DNA from: an uncultured Actinomycetes bacterium
Lineage (GTDB): Bacteria; Actinomycetota; Thermoleophilia; RBG-16-64-13
DNA: 64,000 nt
NCBI GenBank assembly: GCA_963816155.1
Contig: CAWFJE010000011.1
Coordinates: 303,373 to 367,372 of the forward strand
Direction: 5' to 3'
Both the position numbers and the translations under genes were made by a program. The notes beneath the pieces were generated by a model. It ran no database searches. It was not told where the DNA came from and saw only the letters and a program-made list of their open reading frames with translations. Shown piece by piece: positions 41,609 through 50,401 of this stretch (its first letter is position 1; each line of letters begins with the position of its first letter).

Positions 41609-41713
41609 AGAGTCTATGTGCTAATGAGGGCCAGGCTGGATGTCGAAACACATTAGTGGACGGCTTGAACCGTCAGGGATGGGAACGAACCAGCACCTTT
41701 CGAGGGAGAGGCC

Positions 41714-42154
41714 ATGGCAGTTGCAGATGAGATCAGGTCCTACCTGGGAGACGAAGTCGGAGCGAAAGTGGGCGGAAAGGGCGAGACTGGCGACGCAAAG
41801 CTGATCATCGCCGAGCGGAAGGCCTTCCTTGCGAAGAAGACGGTCGAATACTCGGCCAAGTTCAGGGTCCAGGACGATGACCGCGTAGTCCGCTTCTTCG
41901 AGATGCTGAAGGAGTCGGCTTCGGGGATGTCCGTGAGCGATGACGACGACGTGGGCGCTGGCTGGGGGGTTTCCAAAGGAATCTACCAGACGGGCACCGG
42001 GGGTCGCGATGGCTTCATCGAGGCGCAAGGCAGCCTGCTAGGCAGCAAGTATGCCTTCACCTTCGATTACGCGAAGATTCGCACCGGGGTGCGGGAGTTG
42101 ACCGAGAAGCACGGGTATCGGTTCGATTATCAGTTGACGCCCAGGGGTCTCTAG
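41714..42154 (+). CDS. Hypothetical protein
   Basis: 146-aa ORF with a strong RBS (GAGGGAGAGG) and ordinary composition. No recognisable motif. Confidence 0.5.
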   Translation: MAVADEIRSYLGDEVGAKVGGKGETGDAKLIIAERKAFLAKKTVEYSAKFRVQDDDRVVRFFEMLKESASGMSVSDDDDVGAGWGVSKGIYQTGTGGRDGFIEAQGSLLGSKYAFTFDYAKIRTGVRELTEKHGYRFDYQLTPRGL

Positions 42155-42261
42155 GCGCATCTCGATTCCCGCGCGAACGGCGTCGAGAGATATGACAGGA
42201 GATTGCGCATGATCAGTCTATGGGCCGTCCGCCCCAAGACGACGAGCGCGGAGGAGTAAGT

Positions 42262-42915
42262 GTGGACGAGACTGGCACCTGTTCCAGCTGTTACTACTGG
42301 GACCTGGACAACGACAAAATCCTCGCGAAAGAGAAGAAGACCCTCGAGGCAAGGGGTAACGACTCGGGCCATCTGCGCGAGGGCAAGTGCAGGCGCTACC
42401 CTCCCGCCGGCGTCCCCCGAGAGGGTCTCGGCGCGGGCAGCGCTGCCGGCACCCACTGGAGCCGAAGCATCGGTAGCGACTGGTGCGGGGAGTGGGTCCC
42501 CCAGAGAGTCCACTTCGAGGTGGACTTGTGGGCGGTCTTCGAGGGAGTGGACACCATGTCAGAAGCGGAATTCCTCGAAGCTCTCAATTCCCTCGCGTCG
42601 ACCGAACGGAAGAAGGTCTTCCGGACGCTCTTCACGGAGGAGGAGAGGAAGGGCCACCTTCTCCTCCTGGAGGACGAGCCCTTCTACGCCCTCTACCGCC
42701 AGCGGGTCGCCACCTACCTTACGCTCCAGAAGGAGGAGGAAGCCCAGGCGAAGGAGGACAAGCTCTCGACCGCCCCGCTGAACGCGGGACACTCAGCCGG
42801 CCTCCCAGCGGCTCAAGAGACCGGGGGGAGAATCCCCTCGTGGCAGGATCTTCTCGCCTCCGCCGCCCAAAGGACCTCGGGGGACACCCCAAACGGAGGT
42901 GAACGAGACGGCTAG
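42262..42915 (+). CDS. Hypothetical protein with N-terminal Cys-rich module (CxxC...GxCRRxPP...WCGEW)
   Basis: GTG 42262 follows GGAGGAG. 'CSSCYYWD..REGKCRRYPP..SDWCGEWVP' is followed by an acidic/coiled C-terminal half. Confidence 0.5.
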   Translation: MDETGTCSSCYYWDLDNDKILAKEKKTLEARGNDSGHLREGKCRRYPPAGVPREGLGAGSAAGTHWSRSIGSDWCGEWVPQRVHFEVDLWAVFEGVDTMSEAEFLEALNSLASTERKKVFRTLFTEEERKGHLLLLEDEPFYALYRQRVATYLTLQKEEEAQAKEDKLSTAPLNAGHSAGLPAAQETGGRIPSWQDLLASAAQRTSGDTPNGGERDG

Positions 42916-43973
42916 CTGTCGTCCTTCCGACGAACGCTTCGCCGGGGCGGTGGGACTATGTCGTTGGTCGCACTGCGACTCCGCGCCGCTCGTACCGAAG
43001 GTCGCCGGCTTCTCTGCGCACGCGCATGGAGGGACTCGCCCACGCTCGACTTCCCGAACCATTTGCCCGCGTCGCAGCCTGTCTGTCCGACCCCCTGGAT
43101 CAAGGCTGACTTCATAGACCGCGACCGGTTTGACTCGGCAAGAGCGCTTTCCTCGGTGAGCATGCTATCGATCTTGCCCGCCGCCTCAGTGCCAAAATGC
43201 CCGGACGCGGTAGGAGAAAGCCCCTCGGGCCGACACTCCACCGACACCTCCGGTCCATCTGCCGCCCTGCCCTCGAGCGCCTTCATGCTCAGACGAGTCC
43301 GAGCCTCTCCTATCCGGATGCGGACGGCACCGTAGCGCAGGCTGGTTTCCAATTCCTCCAGAGTGAGGAAGGGCTCCTCCAGTTCCCGCCGTAGGCGCCG
43401 ACGGCTTTCCTCGATCCAAGCTCTTGACCGCTCCGCGCCGATCGGCCCATCGCCGGTCGAACCCGCCACCGCGAGAGTCTCCCCCAGGGACTCTGTGAGG
43501 CCTTCGGGCATACGGACCACCGCCCGCGATGCTTCGAGACCCGTCTCCGGGACCGGCTTCCCAGCTCGCAGACTGGTGCCGGGCGCCTCGACCAGGGGCT
43601 CCATTGCGGCCGGAGTCGAGACAGGCGGCAACAATGGCTTCGGCAACTCAGCCGCGGGCAATACAGTGGTGAGTGGCGGCTTTTCGACCGGTGCCGGGCC
43701 ACCCGGCGCCGCCTCGGCGACCCGCTTCGCGACACGCTGCCTCTCCACGAAGACGCCGTCGTGGGACGGCCACTTGACGGCCGCCCGCTCTGAAACCGTC
43801 GATTCGCGGGCAGTCCGAGCCGTTGATGCGAAGGCCCCCGCCCGACGTGACGTGACCTTCCGCGCCGTCCGCGCCCGCAGCTGCCAAACAACAACCACCA
43901 GCGCAGCGCCGAGAGCGACCCCCAGCAATAACCATACGAGACCACTCATGCCGCTGCTCTCCTCCGCGCCCAC
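42912..43973 (-). CDS. Single-pass membrane protein, Pro/Ala-rich, unknown function
   Basis: N-terminal TM 'GLVWLLLGVALGAALVVVVW'. The Arg-rich C-terminal tail may be read-through. Confidence 0.45.
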   Translation of the reverse strand: MGAEESSGMSGLVWLLLGVALGAALVVVVWQLRARTARKVTSRRAGAFASTARTARESTVSERAAVKWPSHDGVFVERQRVAKRVAEAAPGGPAPVEKPPLTTVLPAAELPKPLLPPVSTPAAMEPLVEAPGTSLRAGKPVPETGLEASRAVVRMPEGLTESLGETLAVAGSTGDGPIGAERSRAWIEESRRRLRRELEEPFLTLEELETSLRYGAVRIRIGEARTRLSMKALEGRAADGPEVSVECRPEGLSPTASGHFGTEAAGKIDSMLTEESALAESNRSRSMKSALIQGVGQTGCDAGKWFGKSSVGESLHARAQRSRRPSVRAARSRSATNDIVPPPRRSVRRKDDS

Positions 43974-44191
43974 CGATCCACGTTCTTGCGACGACTGGCA
44001 ATGCTCGTCGCGCCGCTGTCAATAATACAGCGAGAAGCAGTTCTCTGGCGACTGTGAGTGCAAGTCGGCGAAAGATCGACATCAAGCGCGTGTACCTGGA
44101 ATCGGAGCAAGCTGGGTTTCACGAGCACAAGTGGCCCCCGAGCCGTCCTCGTGATATTGCCGCATGCCAGGCTTTTCTCTTGCCTCTGCAA

Positions 44192-44263
44192 AGCCGGCGA
44201 AGGGACTTGAACCCCCAACCTGCTGATTACAAATCAGCTGCTCTACCATTGAGCTACACCGGC
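44192..44263 (-). tRNA. tRNA-Thr (anticodon UGU), no encoded CCA
   Basis: Folded by hand: acceptor GCCGGTG/CGCCGGC, D-stem GCTC/GAGC, anticodon stem GCTGA/TCAGC with loop TTTGTAA, T-arm GGGGG-TTCAAGT-CCCTT, 72 nt. Confidence 0.9.
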
Positions 44264-44375
44264 ACGAAACACGGCACACCAAAGCGCAGCCGTGCTTGGA
44301 GATTGTAGCGCGGCAGGCGGCATCCGGGCAGTTCGTGAGCACGCGCGCCCGACTTCCCGGCGGCGGCGAGACAAG

Positions 44376-44406
44376 CGAGGGGCCGCCCCGCTCGGGCGGC
44401 CCCTCG
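44376..44406 (-). terminator. GC-rich hairpin downstream of the sigH-DUF4282 unit
   Basis: cgaggggccgcc-ccgctcg-ggcggcccctcg: a 12-bp perfect stem with a 7-nt loop, 34 nt after the stop at 44440. Confidence 0.5.
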
Positions 44407-44439
44407 TATAACCACAGACCTATATCGACGTCGCGCGCC

Positions 44440-44907
44440 CTACATCTTCTTGCTGCGAGCGATGTCGCTGGTGTCGTCGTGGATGCGGAAGAAGATGATG
44501 ATGATCTCCAAGCCACACTCTAGCGAACAGCAGCACCAGAAAGCCCCAGATGAGCGGAACCGATGAGCACCGACTCCCAGTGCCCACTCCATGGCGAAGC
44601 CGACGATGATCGACCCCAGCATGCTGAGAGCGATCACGACCATGATCACGATGAACAGCACCTTGATGAAGTCGGGGTGATGAACTCGCGGAAGGAGAAG
44701 TCGAAGAACCTACTCCAGAAACTCTTGCCTTGAGGAGGTCCTGCCGGCTGCCCGTACTGAGCGTACTGGGGCTGCGGCGGAGCAGGCTGATACTGCTGCG
44801 GAGCGAGGCTGCGGAGCGGCCGGCGGGGGCGTGGCAGGCGGTGGAGCAGCGGGCGGTGGCGTGGAGGGTTCCGGAACCACGTTCGGGGTGTTCTCTACAT
44901 CAGCCAT
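44440..44907 (-). pseudogene. DUF4282-like membrane protein (Pro/Gln-rich N-terminus) with two frameshifts
   Basis: 'MADVENTPNVVPEPSTPPPAAPPPATPPPAAPQP', then 'APQQYQPAPPQPQYAQYGQPAGPPQGKSFWSRFFDFSFREFITP', then 'DFIKVLFIVIMVVIALSMLGSIIVGF..LEIIIIFFRIHDDTSDIA' in three frames. The second change is at a C4/G4 run (44674-44677). Confidence 0.6.
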
Positions 44908-45054
44908 GGCGCCTCCTCATTCGATTCGGTTGGCTCGGCCACACTCCTCAGATCCACTGGAGCTGTGTCGACCCCCACGCTACGGAGAGAAGCGACTTGT
45001 GTCAAGCCGCGTGAAGCGCCCAGACGAGCGCCCGGTCGAGCGCCGACCGCCAGC

Positions 45055-45699
45055 CTACAGGAGCACCCGCCTACTTTCCAGATGCATGGTGACCTTGCGC
45101 TTGATGCGCTGCAGGGCGTTGTCCACGGTCTTGGTATCGTGCCCGATATGGGTGGCGATGTCCTCGTAGGAGTTGCCCTCGAGGTAGTACTTGAGCACTC
45201 GCGACTCCAGAGGGCTGAGCAGCCGCACGAGGCAGTCGGTCAGGCTCACCACCTCTTCCGAGCTGATGACCTGCTGCACGGGATCGCTTGTGCGCCCCGA
45301 GGGGATGACGTCGGCCAGGGTGCGCGTGTCATAGTCGGCGCTGGAGGGAGAGTGGCTGAAGCTTACGTAGGTATTGAGCGGAGAATGCTTCTGGCGGGAA
45401 GCGGTCTTGATGGCCGTGATGATCTGCCGGGTGACACACAGCTCGGCGAAGCTTCGAAAACTGGTGTTGCGGTCGTGCTCGAAGTCACGGATAGCCTTGT
45501 ACAGGCCTATGTAGCCTTCCTGGATGAGATCGTCCCCGTCGCCGCCGGCAAGGAAATACGAATTGGCTTTGAGACGGACGAAGTAGCGATAGCGAGTGAG
45601 GAGCTTCCGGGTGGCGTCGGTGTCTCCAGCCTTGGCCTGCGCGACCAACTCCTCGTCTGACGACTCGCCGACAGCCCTGGCCGCGCGCGCTGTTCTCAC
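45055..45699 (-). CDS. sigH: RNA polymerase sigma factor, SigH (Spo0H)-type
   Basis: 'DLIQEGYIGLYKAIRDFEHDRNTSFRSFAELCVTRQIITAIKTASRQKHSPLN' and C-terminal 'LSPLESRVLKYYLEGNSYEDIATHIGHDTKTVDNALQRIKRK'. Confidence 0.85.
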   Translation of the reverse strand: MRTARAARAVGESSDEELVAQAKAGDTDATRKLLTRYRYFVRLKANSYFLAGGDGDDLIQEGYIGLYKAIRDFEHDRNTSFRSFAELCVTRQIITAIKTASRQKHSPLNTYVSFSHSPSSADYDTRTLADVIPSGRTSDPVQQVISSEEVVSLTDCLVRLLSPLESRVLKYYLEGNSYEDIATHIGHDTKTVDNALQRIKRKVTMHLESRRVLL

Positions 45700-45749
45700 C
45701 GCCGCACCTCCTCCTGCCCTGTTTTCGGGCCGGCAGCCGGCCCCCCGTC

Positions 45750-46388
45750 CTATTCCTCGCGACCCTCCTCGCCTGGCGCCCTTTTCTGCAACTCGTCCCT
45801 CAACTGCGCCAGTCGCTCGAGCGTGCTCGCGGGGATTCTCTCCTCAACCCGATGACTCATTGTAATGCAATTCTGACGATTTGCAATCCTTTTTGTGTCA
45901 TCTTGCAATTCGTTGGCAAACTGCCGCGAGGAGCGCCGGATCACGGCCGGCCGGAACACGGTCTTCTGGAGCTGGTAGTCGGAGGATACGACGATAACGT
46001 TTTCGCCCGGGGTGAGGGTAAAAACCTCCCTTTCGATGATGCTGTCGGCCGACTGGGAGAAGGACCCGAAGAGAATCTGCACCCGCGCAGTTGCAGTCTC
46101 TTGCTTCTGCAATGCCTGCCCTTGGGAGTCAAAGACCACGATAGCTCTGTCGGAGGTGCCTCCCATGTAGCTGGCGATGCGATCGAGCAGCCTGCGCCGC
46201 TCGTCGTCCAGATCGTAGGGCGCCGCACCGACGCCGGTCCCGCCCCCCTGCGTGCCGCGCTCTCCGCGACCGGTGGCGCCACCAGGCCCGCGCCCTCCCT
46301 GACCACTAGACCCGCTGCGGGGCCGACCGTCTCGATGGCCGAGGATCTGATGCAGAAGGTTGTAGCCATCGATGAGAAACACGCTCAT
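45750..46388 (-). CDS. rae1: NYN-domain RNase YacP/Rae1 family protein with Gly/Arg-rich insertion
   Basis: 'MSVFLIDGYNLLHQ', '..RAIVVFDS..', 'VQILFGSFSQSADSIIEREV', 'VIVVSSDYQLQ'. It sits between rlmB and sigH, as in Bacillus. Confidence 0.75.
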   Translation of the reverse strand: MSVFLIDGYNLLHQILGHRDGRPRSGSSGQGGRGPGGATGRGERGTQGGGTGVGAAPYDLDDERRRLLDRIASYMGGTSDRAIVVFDSQGQALQKQETATARVQILFGSFSQSADSIIEREVFTLTPGENVIVVSSDYQLQKTVFRPAVIRRSSRQFANELQDDTKRIANRQNCITMSHRVEERIPASTLERLAQLRDELQKRAPGEEGREE

Positions 46389-47334
46389 GAAGCAGTCTCC
46401 GGTGTCGGGGGCGCTTCACCACCTGCGGACGCGCCCCTCTCTCCTCCTGGCGCACCTCTCCCACCCGCCGATACGCCCCCTCACCTGGCGACGCACGTCC
46501 CTCACCGCCCGACGTGGCCCTCTGGCGCAGAGCCTCGTACAGCAGGATGCCGGCGCTCACACTCACGTTGAGGGACTCCATCTCACCCAGAAGGGGCAGA
46601 GCGACCATGACGTCGCACATCGCCGCCACCCTCCTCCCCACTCCCTCACCCTCAGAACCGACGACGAAGCACGTGGGGTAACGATAATCCTGAGAGAAGT
46701 GCGGACTGTCCGCGTCGGCCGCCGCCCCATAGATCCAGAACCCGGCCTCCTTGGCCTCCGCCAGCGCGTCCGCGAGGTTACGCACCCGCGCCACCACCGC
46801 GTGCTCGGTGGCTCCCGCCGACGCCTTCACCACCGCGGCCGTGATCTCGGCCGCCCGATGCCTGGGGATCACGACTCCTGCCCCCGCGGCCTCGGCCGTG
46901 CGGATGATGGCGCCCAGATTGTGCGGGTCTTGCACGGCATCCAAGGCGATCAGCAGCGTGTGCGAACCCAAGACGTCGCCGAGTTCCACATAGGGATAGG
47001 GTTCCACCTCGGCTGCGATGCCCTGATGGTCGGGACTGCCCACGAGGCTCACCAGTTCAGCCCCAGGCAGCCGCTGCACCGGGATCCGGCCACCGGGCGC
47101 CGCGCCCCACTCGCCCACCTTCGGCTCGAGTTCGTCCCCCACCGCGCCGGCGACCAGCAGCACCCTGCCCACCTTTCTCCGACCCCTGAGCGCTTCGCGC
47201 ACGGGATTCCGTCCGTAGACGAAGTGAGCCCCCTGATCGGGCGGCGAAGCCGGCCTCTCTGCGGGACGCCCACCCGGCGCAGCCGGTCGTGGGCCGCCGC
47301 GCCTCCTAGCGGATGGGGACGAGTTTGAAGCCAC
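46306..47334 (-). CDS. rlmB: 23S rRNA (guanosine-2'-O)-methyltransferase RlmB/YacO (SpoU/TrmH family)
   Basis: 'FVYGRNPVREAL', 'HQGIAAEVEPY', 'LIALDAVQDPHNLGAIIRTAEAAGAGVVI', 'FVVGSEGEGV..', 'LNVSVSAGILLYE'. The start is tentatively the GTG at 47334. The 3' tail overlaps yacP by 83 nt. Confidence 0.8.
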   Translation of the reverse strand: MASNSSPSARRRGGPRPAAPGGRPAERPASPPDQGAHFVYGRNPVREALRGRRKVGRVLLVAGAVGDELEPKVGEWGAAPGGRIPVQRLPGAELVSLVGSPDHQGIAAEVEPYPYVELGDVLGSHTLLIALDAVQDPHNLGAIIRTAEAAGAGVVIPRHRAAEITAAVVKASAGATEHAVVARVRNLADALAEAKEAGFWIYGAAADADSPHFSQDYRYPTCFVVGSEGEGVGRRVAAMCDVMVALPLLGEMESLNVSVSAGILLYEALRQRATSGGEGRASPGEGAYRRVGEVRQEERGARPQVVKRPRHRRLLHERVSHRWLQPSASDPRPSRRSAPQRV

Positions 47335-48736
47335 CGGCGACGTCCCGGACCTCGTAGCCTTGCTCGGTGATGGCGGCGCGCAACTCGTCGGCGCGCGCGA
47401 ATTCCTTCGCCGCCCGGCATTTCTGCCTCTCCTCGGCCATAGCCGTAACGTCGGCCGAGATGACATCCTCCACCAGGGCGATCGCGTCAAGACCCAGGAT
47501 GTAGACCATTTCCTTCATCTGGCTCTGGATCTCCCGCGCCGACCCACCGCTCAGTTCCCCAGACGCGCAGGCCACGTTGACCTCCCGCGCCAGACCGAAG
47601 ACCTCGGCCAATGCGGCAGCGGTGTTCAGATCGTCGGCAAGCGCCTCGTCGAACGCCTGACGGCGCTGCCTGAGGAGTCCCTCGATGCCCGCGGCGGCTT
47701 CCGCCTCGGCCCCATCGGCCTCGGCCGCGGACGCGCCGTTCTCAGCATCGGAGGCCAGACGGTCGGCCAAGGCCCGGAAGACGTTGCGCAGACGGTCCAC
47801 CTGCTGCTCGGACTCCGCCAAGAGCTCGGCGCTGAACTCCAGGGGACTGCGATAGTGCGTACCCACGAAAGCGACTATGAGCGCCTCGGGACGGTACTCG
47901 TCCAGGATGTGGCGCAGGGTGAGGATGTTCCCCACACTCTTCGACATCTTCTCCTGGCTGAGGTTGAGCATGCCGTTGTGCATCCAGAAGCGGGCGAAGG
48001 GGTGCTGGGCCGCTTCCGCTTGGGCGACTTCGTTCTCGTGGTGGGGGAAGATGAGGTCCCGACCACCTCCATGGATGTCGAACCCTGCCCCGAGATACGT
48101 GAGGCTCATGGCCGAGCATTCGATGTGCCAACCCGGTCGCCCCAGACCCCACGGACTCTCCCAGGCCGGCTCACCCGGCTTGGCCCCCTTCCAGAGGGCG
48201 AAATCGAGCGGATCGGCTTTGTCATCACCGGGGTCAACGCGCGCTCCGTGTCGCATCTCCGCGACCTGTTGCTTACTCAGCTTCCCGTACGGGTCGTAGC
48301 TGTCCACGTCAAAATACACATCGGGGCCCGACGCGTAGGCGTGTCCCGTGGCCACCAGCCCCTCGATGAGGGCGACGATCTCAGCGATGTGCTCCGTCGC
48401 CAGCGGTTCCACGTCGGGCCTGCCCAGGCCCAGGCGGTCAGTATCCTCGCGGTAGGCAGCGGCGAACTCCTCCGCCACCTCCCGGGCGCTCCTGCCCTCG
48501 ATGCTGCCCTTCTGGATGATGCGGTCATCGATGTCGGTGATGTTCTCCACCAGAGTCACGCGATAGCCCAGCGACCGAAAGTAGCGCCGCGCCACCATAG
48601 ATACTACATAGGGCCGGGCGTTGCCCACGTGCACGTAGTTGTAGACCGTAGGTCCGCAGAAGTACATGGTGACGTGGTCGGCGTCCCGGGGGACGAACTC
48701 CCGCTTCTCCTGAGTCAGCGAGTCGTAGAGCCGCAT
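47306..48736 (-). CDS. cysS: Cysteinyl-tRNA synthetase
   Basis: 'MRLYDSLTQEKREFVP..MYFCGPTVYNYVHVGNARP', 'HIECSAM', 'FPHHENEVAQ', 'KMSKSVGN'. The ATG at 48736 is 1 nt after the gltX stop. Confidence 0.95.
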   Translation of the reverse strand: MRLYDSLTQEKREFVPRDADHVTMYFCGPTVYNYVHVGNARPYVVSMVARRYFRSLGYRVTLVENITDIDDRIIQKGSIEGRSAREVAEEFAAAYREDTDRLGLGRPDVEPLATEHIAEIVALIEGLVATGHAYASGPDVYFDVDSYDPYGKLSKQQVAEMRHGARVDPGDDKADPLDFALWKGAKPGEPAWESPWGLGRPGWHIECSAMSLTYLGAGFDIHGGGRDLIFPHHENEVAQAEAAQHPFARFWMHNGMLNLSQEKMSKSVGNILTLRHILDEYRPEALIVAFVGTHYRSPLEFSAELLAESEQQVDRLRNVFRALADRLASDAENGASAAEADGAEAEAAAGIEGLLRQRRQAFDEALADDLNTAAALAEVFGLAREVNVACASGELSGGSAREIQSQMKEMVYILGLDAIALVEDVISADVTAMAEERQKCRAAKEFARADELRAAITEQGYEVRDVAGGFKLVPIR

Positions 48737-48737
48737 C

Positions 48738-50246
48738 TCAGGCCACCCCCGCCCCTGCTCCGGGGTCGGTCGCATCGCCGGGCATATTCGCACTCACGAA
48801 GGCCGCGGCTGCCTCCAGCCGAGCCAAGATGGTGCTCTTGCCCAGCCCGGCCACCAGGAAGAACAGTTCGGGACCCTCATCGCGCCCGCTCAGAGCCACG
48901 CGCAGAGGATGGTAGACCGACTTGCCCTTGAGTCCCTGTTCCTTGGCCGCCTCCACCAATGTGCGGAGCGCCTCACGACCGGACTGAGTGGGAACGTACT
49001 CCGCTTCCAGCCCGGCGAAGCTCTCCTGGGCCAAGCGCAGCAGCACCTCCACGCCGGGCGCGAGTAACGACTGCGCGCACTCGCACGAGGCCGGATCGAC
49101 CGGCTCGAGGAACACGGCCGCGAACCGAGGCGCGTCCCCCAGCATCACGAGGTTCGCCTGTACGGCCTCCGCCACAACCTCTTGCTGGACCGGAGCCGGC
49201 CGCATGCCGGCCTCGGTCAGGTAGGGCTCGATCTCCCGGTACAGGGCGGTCGGGTCCAACTCGCGGATGTAGAGGCCGTTCAGCCAGTTCAGCTTCTGGA
49301 TATCGAATATGGCCGGGCTCTTCGACAGCCGGCCGATATCGAACTCTTCGATGAGCTCCTCCAGAGTGAACTTCTCGCGCTCATCGCCCGGATGCCAGCT
49401 CAGAAGAGCCAAGTAGTTGACGATGGCTCCGGAGAGATAGCCCAGCCCTTTGAAATCGCCAATGGACGTGGCTCCGTGCCGTTTGGACAACTTGCTACCA
49501 TCCGGGGCCAGAATGAGCGAGTGGTGACCGTAGAGGGGCACTTCCTTGCCCAAAGCCGCGAACAGCATCATTTGACGCGCGGTGTTGGTGATGTGGTCTT
49601 CCCCACGGATGACGTGCGTGATCTCCATGCCCGAGTCGTCCACCACCACCGCGAAGTTGTAGGCGAAGCCGCCATCGGTACGCTTGATGATGAAATCACC
49701 GATCACATCGGAGGAGAAGGTGATGGGGCCGTGGATGAGATCGTCGAACGTCACCTGCCCCTCGGGCACGCGAAAGCGGATGGCGGCCTCCTCTCCGGAG
49801 GCCAGACGGGTCTCGATCTCGGCTGGGGAGAGACAGGCACAGGTACGGTCGTACTTGGGCATCTGCCCCCGCGCCAATTGCTCGGCCTTGCGCTCCTCGA
49901 GCAGTTCCTGCGGGCAGAAACAGGGGTAGGCCTTGCCTTCAGCCAGGAGCTGCTGTACGGCGGCCTCGTAGATGTCCATCCGCTCGCTTTGCCGGTAGGG
50001 GCCATGCTCCCCCCCTACGTCGGGGCCTTCGTCGGACTGCAGGCCAAGCCAGTTGAGGTCGTTGATGATGCTCGCGTCGTGCGCCACCGTGGAGCGCTTG
50101 AGATCGGTGTCCTCGACGCGCAGGACCATGGTACCGCCGTGGTGGCGGGCATAGAGGAAGTTGTAGAGAGCGGTGCGGGCACTTCCCACATGCAGTGAAC
50201 CGGTGGGGCTGGGGGCAAAACGCACGCGGACGTCGCTCATGGTCAT
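48738..50246 (-). CDS. gltX: Glutamyl-tRNA synthetase
   Basis: 'VRVRFAPSPTGSLHVGSARTALYNFLYA', 'RVEDTD', and 'KLSKRHG' (KMSKS). Confidence 0.95.
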   Translation of the reverse strand: MTMSDVRVRFAPSPTGSLHVGSARTALYNFLYARHHGGTMVLRVEDTDLKRSTVAHDASIINDLNWLGLQSDEGPDVGGEHGPYRQSERMDIYEAAVQQLLAEGKAYPCFCPQELLEERKAEQLARGQMPKYDRTCACLSPAEIETRLASGEEAAIRFRVPEGQVTFDDLIHGPITFSSDVIGDFIIKRTDGGFAYNFAVVVDDSGMEITHVIRGEDHITNTARQMMLFAALGKEVPLYGHHSLILAPDGSKLSKRHGATSIGDFKGLGYLSGAIVNYLALLSWHPGDEREKFTLEELIEEFDIGRLSKSPAIFDIQKLNWLNGLYIRELDPTALYREIEPYLTEAGMRPAPVQQEVVAEAVQANLVMLGDAPRFAAVFLEPVDPASCECAQSLLAPGVEVLLRLAQESFAGLEAEYVPTQSGREALRTLVEAAKEQGLKGKSVYHPLRVALSGRDEGPELFFLVAGLGKSTILARLEAAAAFVSANMPGDATDPGAGAGVA

Positions 50247-50401
50247 AATCTCTCTTCGCTCGTTGTCTGCGGAATAATAGCGGACCCTCGGTCTTGATGC
50301 CGCGCCGGCACTTCCGCCGCACCCCGCGGTCGCTGTCAGCGCGCGTCGCAGGGTCGACTCAGCGCGCCTCGCAGGCCGGCCAGGGCCGACGCGGGCCCGG
50401 G

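Noticed and set aside
44264-44375. TACAAT hexamer about 38 nt upstream of tRNA-Thr as its promoter.
   Set aside because: No acceptable -35 element lies at 16-18 nt spacing, so the evidence is too weak to list as a feature.
47360-48931. 523-aa plus-strand ORF. Similar long ORFs occur at 56391..57821, 33655..34929, 51772..53088, 49182..50198, 60125..61033 and 40135..40983.
   Set aside because: Each lies antisense to a strongly supported gene (cysS, clpC, adhesin, yacL/carD, gltX, lysS, lipoprotein). Each translates to Arg/Gly/His-rich, motif-free sequence. These are typical stop-poor antisense frames in GC-rich DNA.
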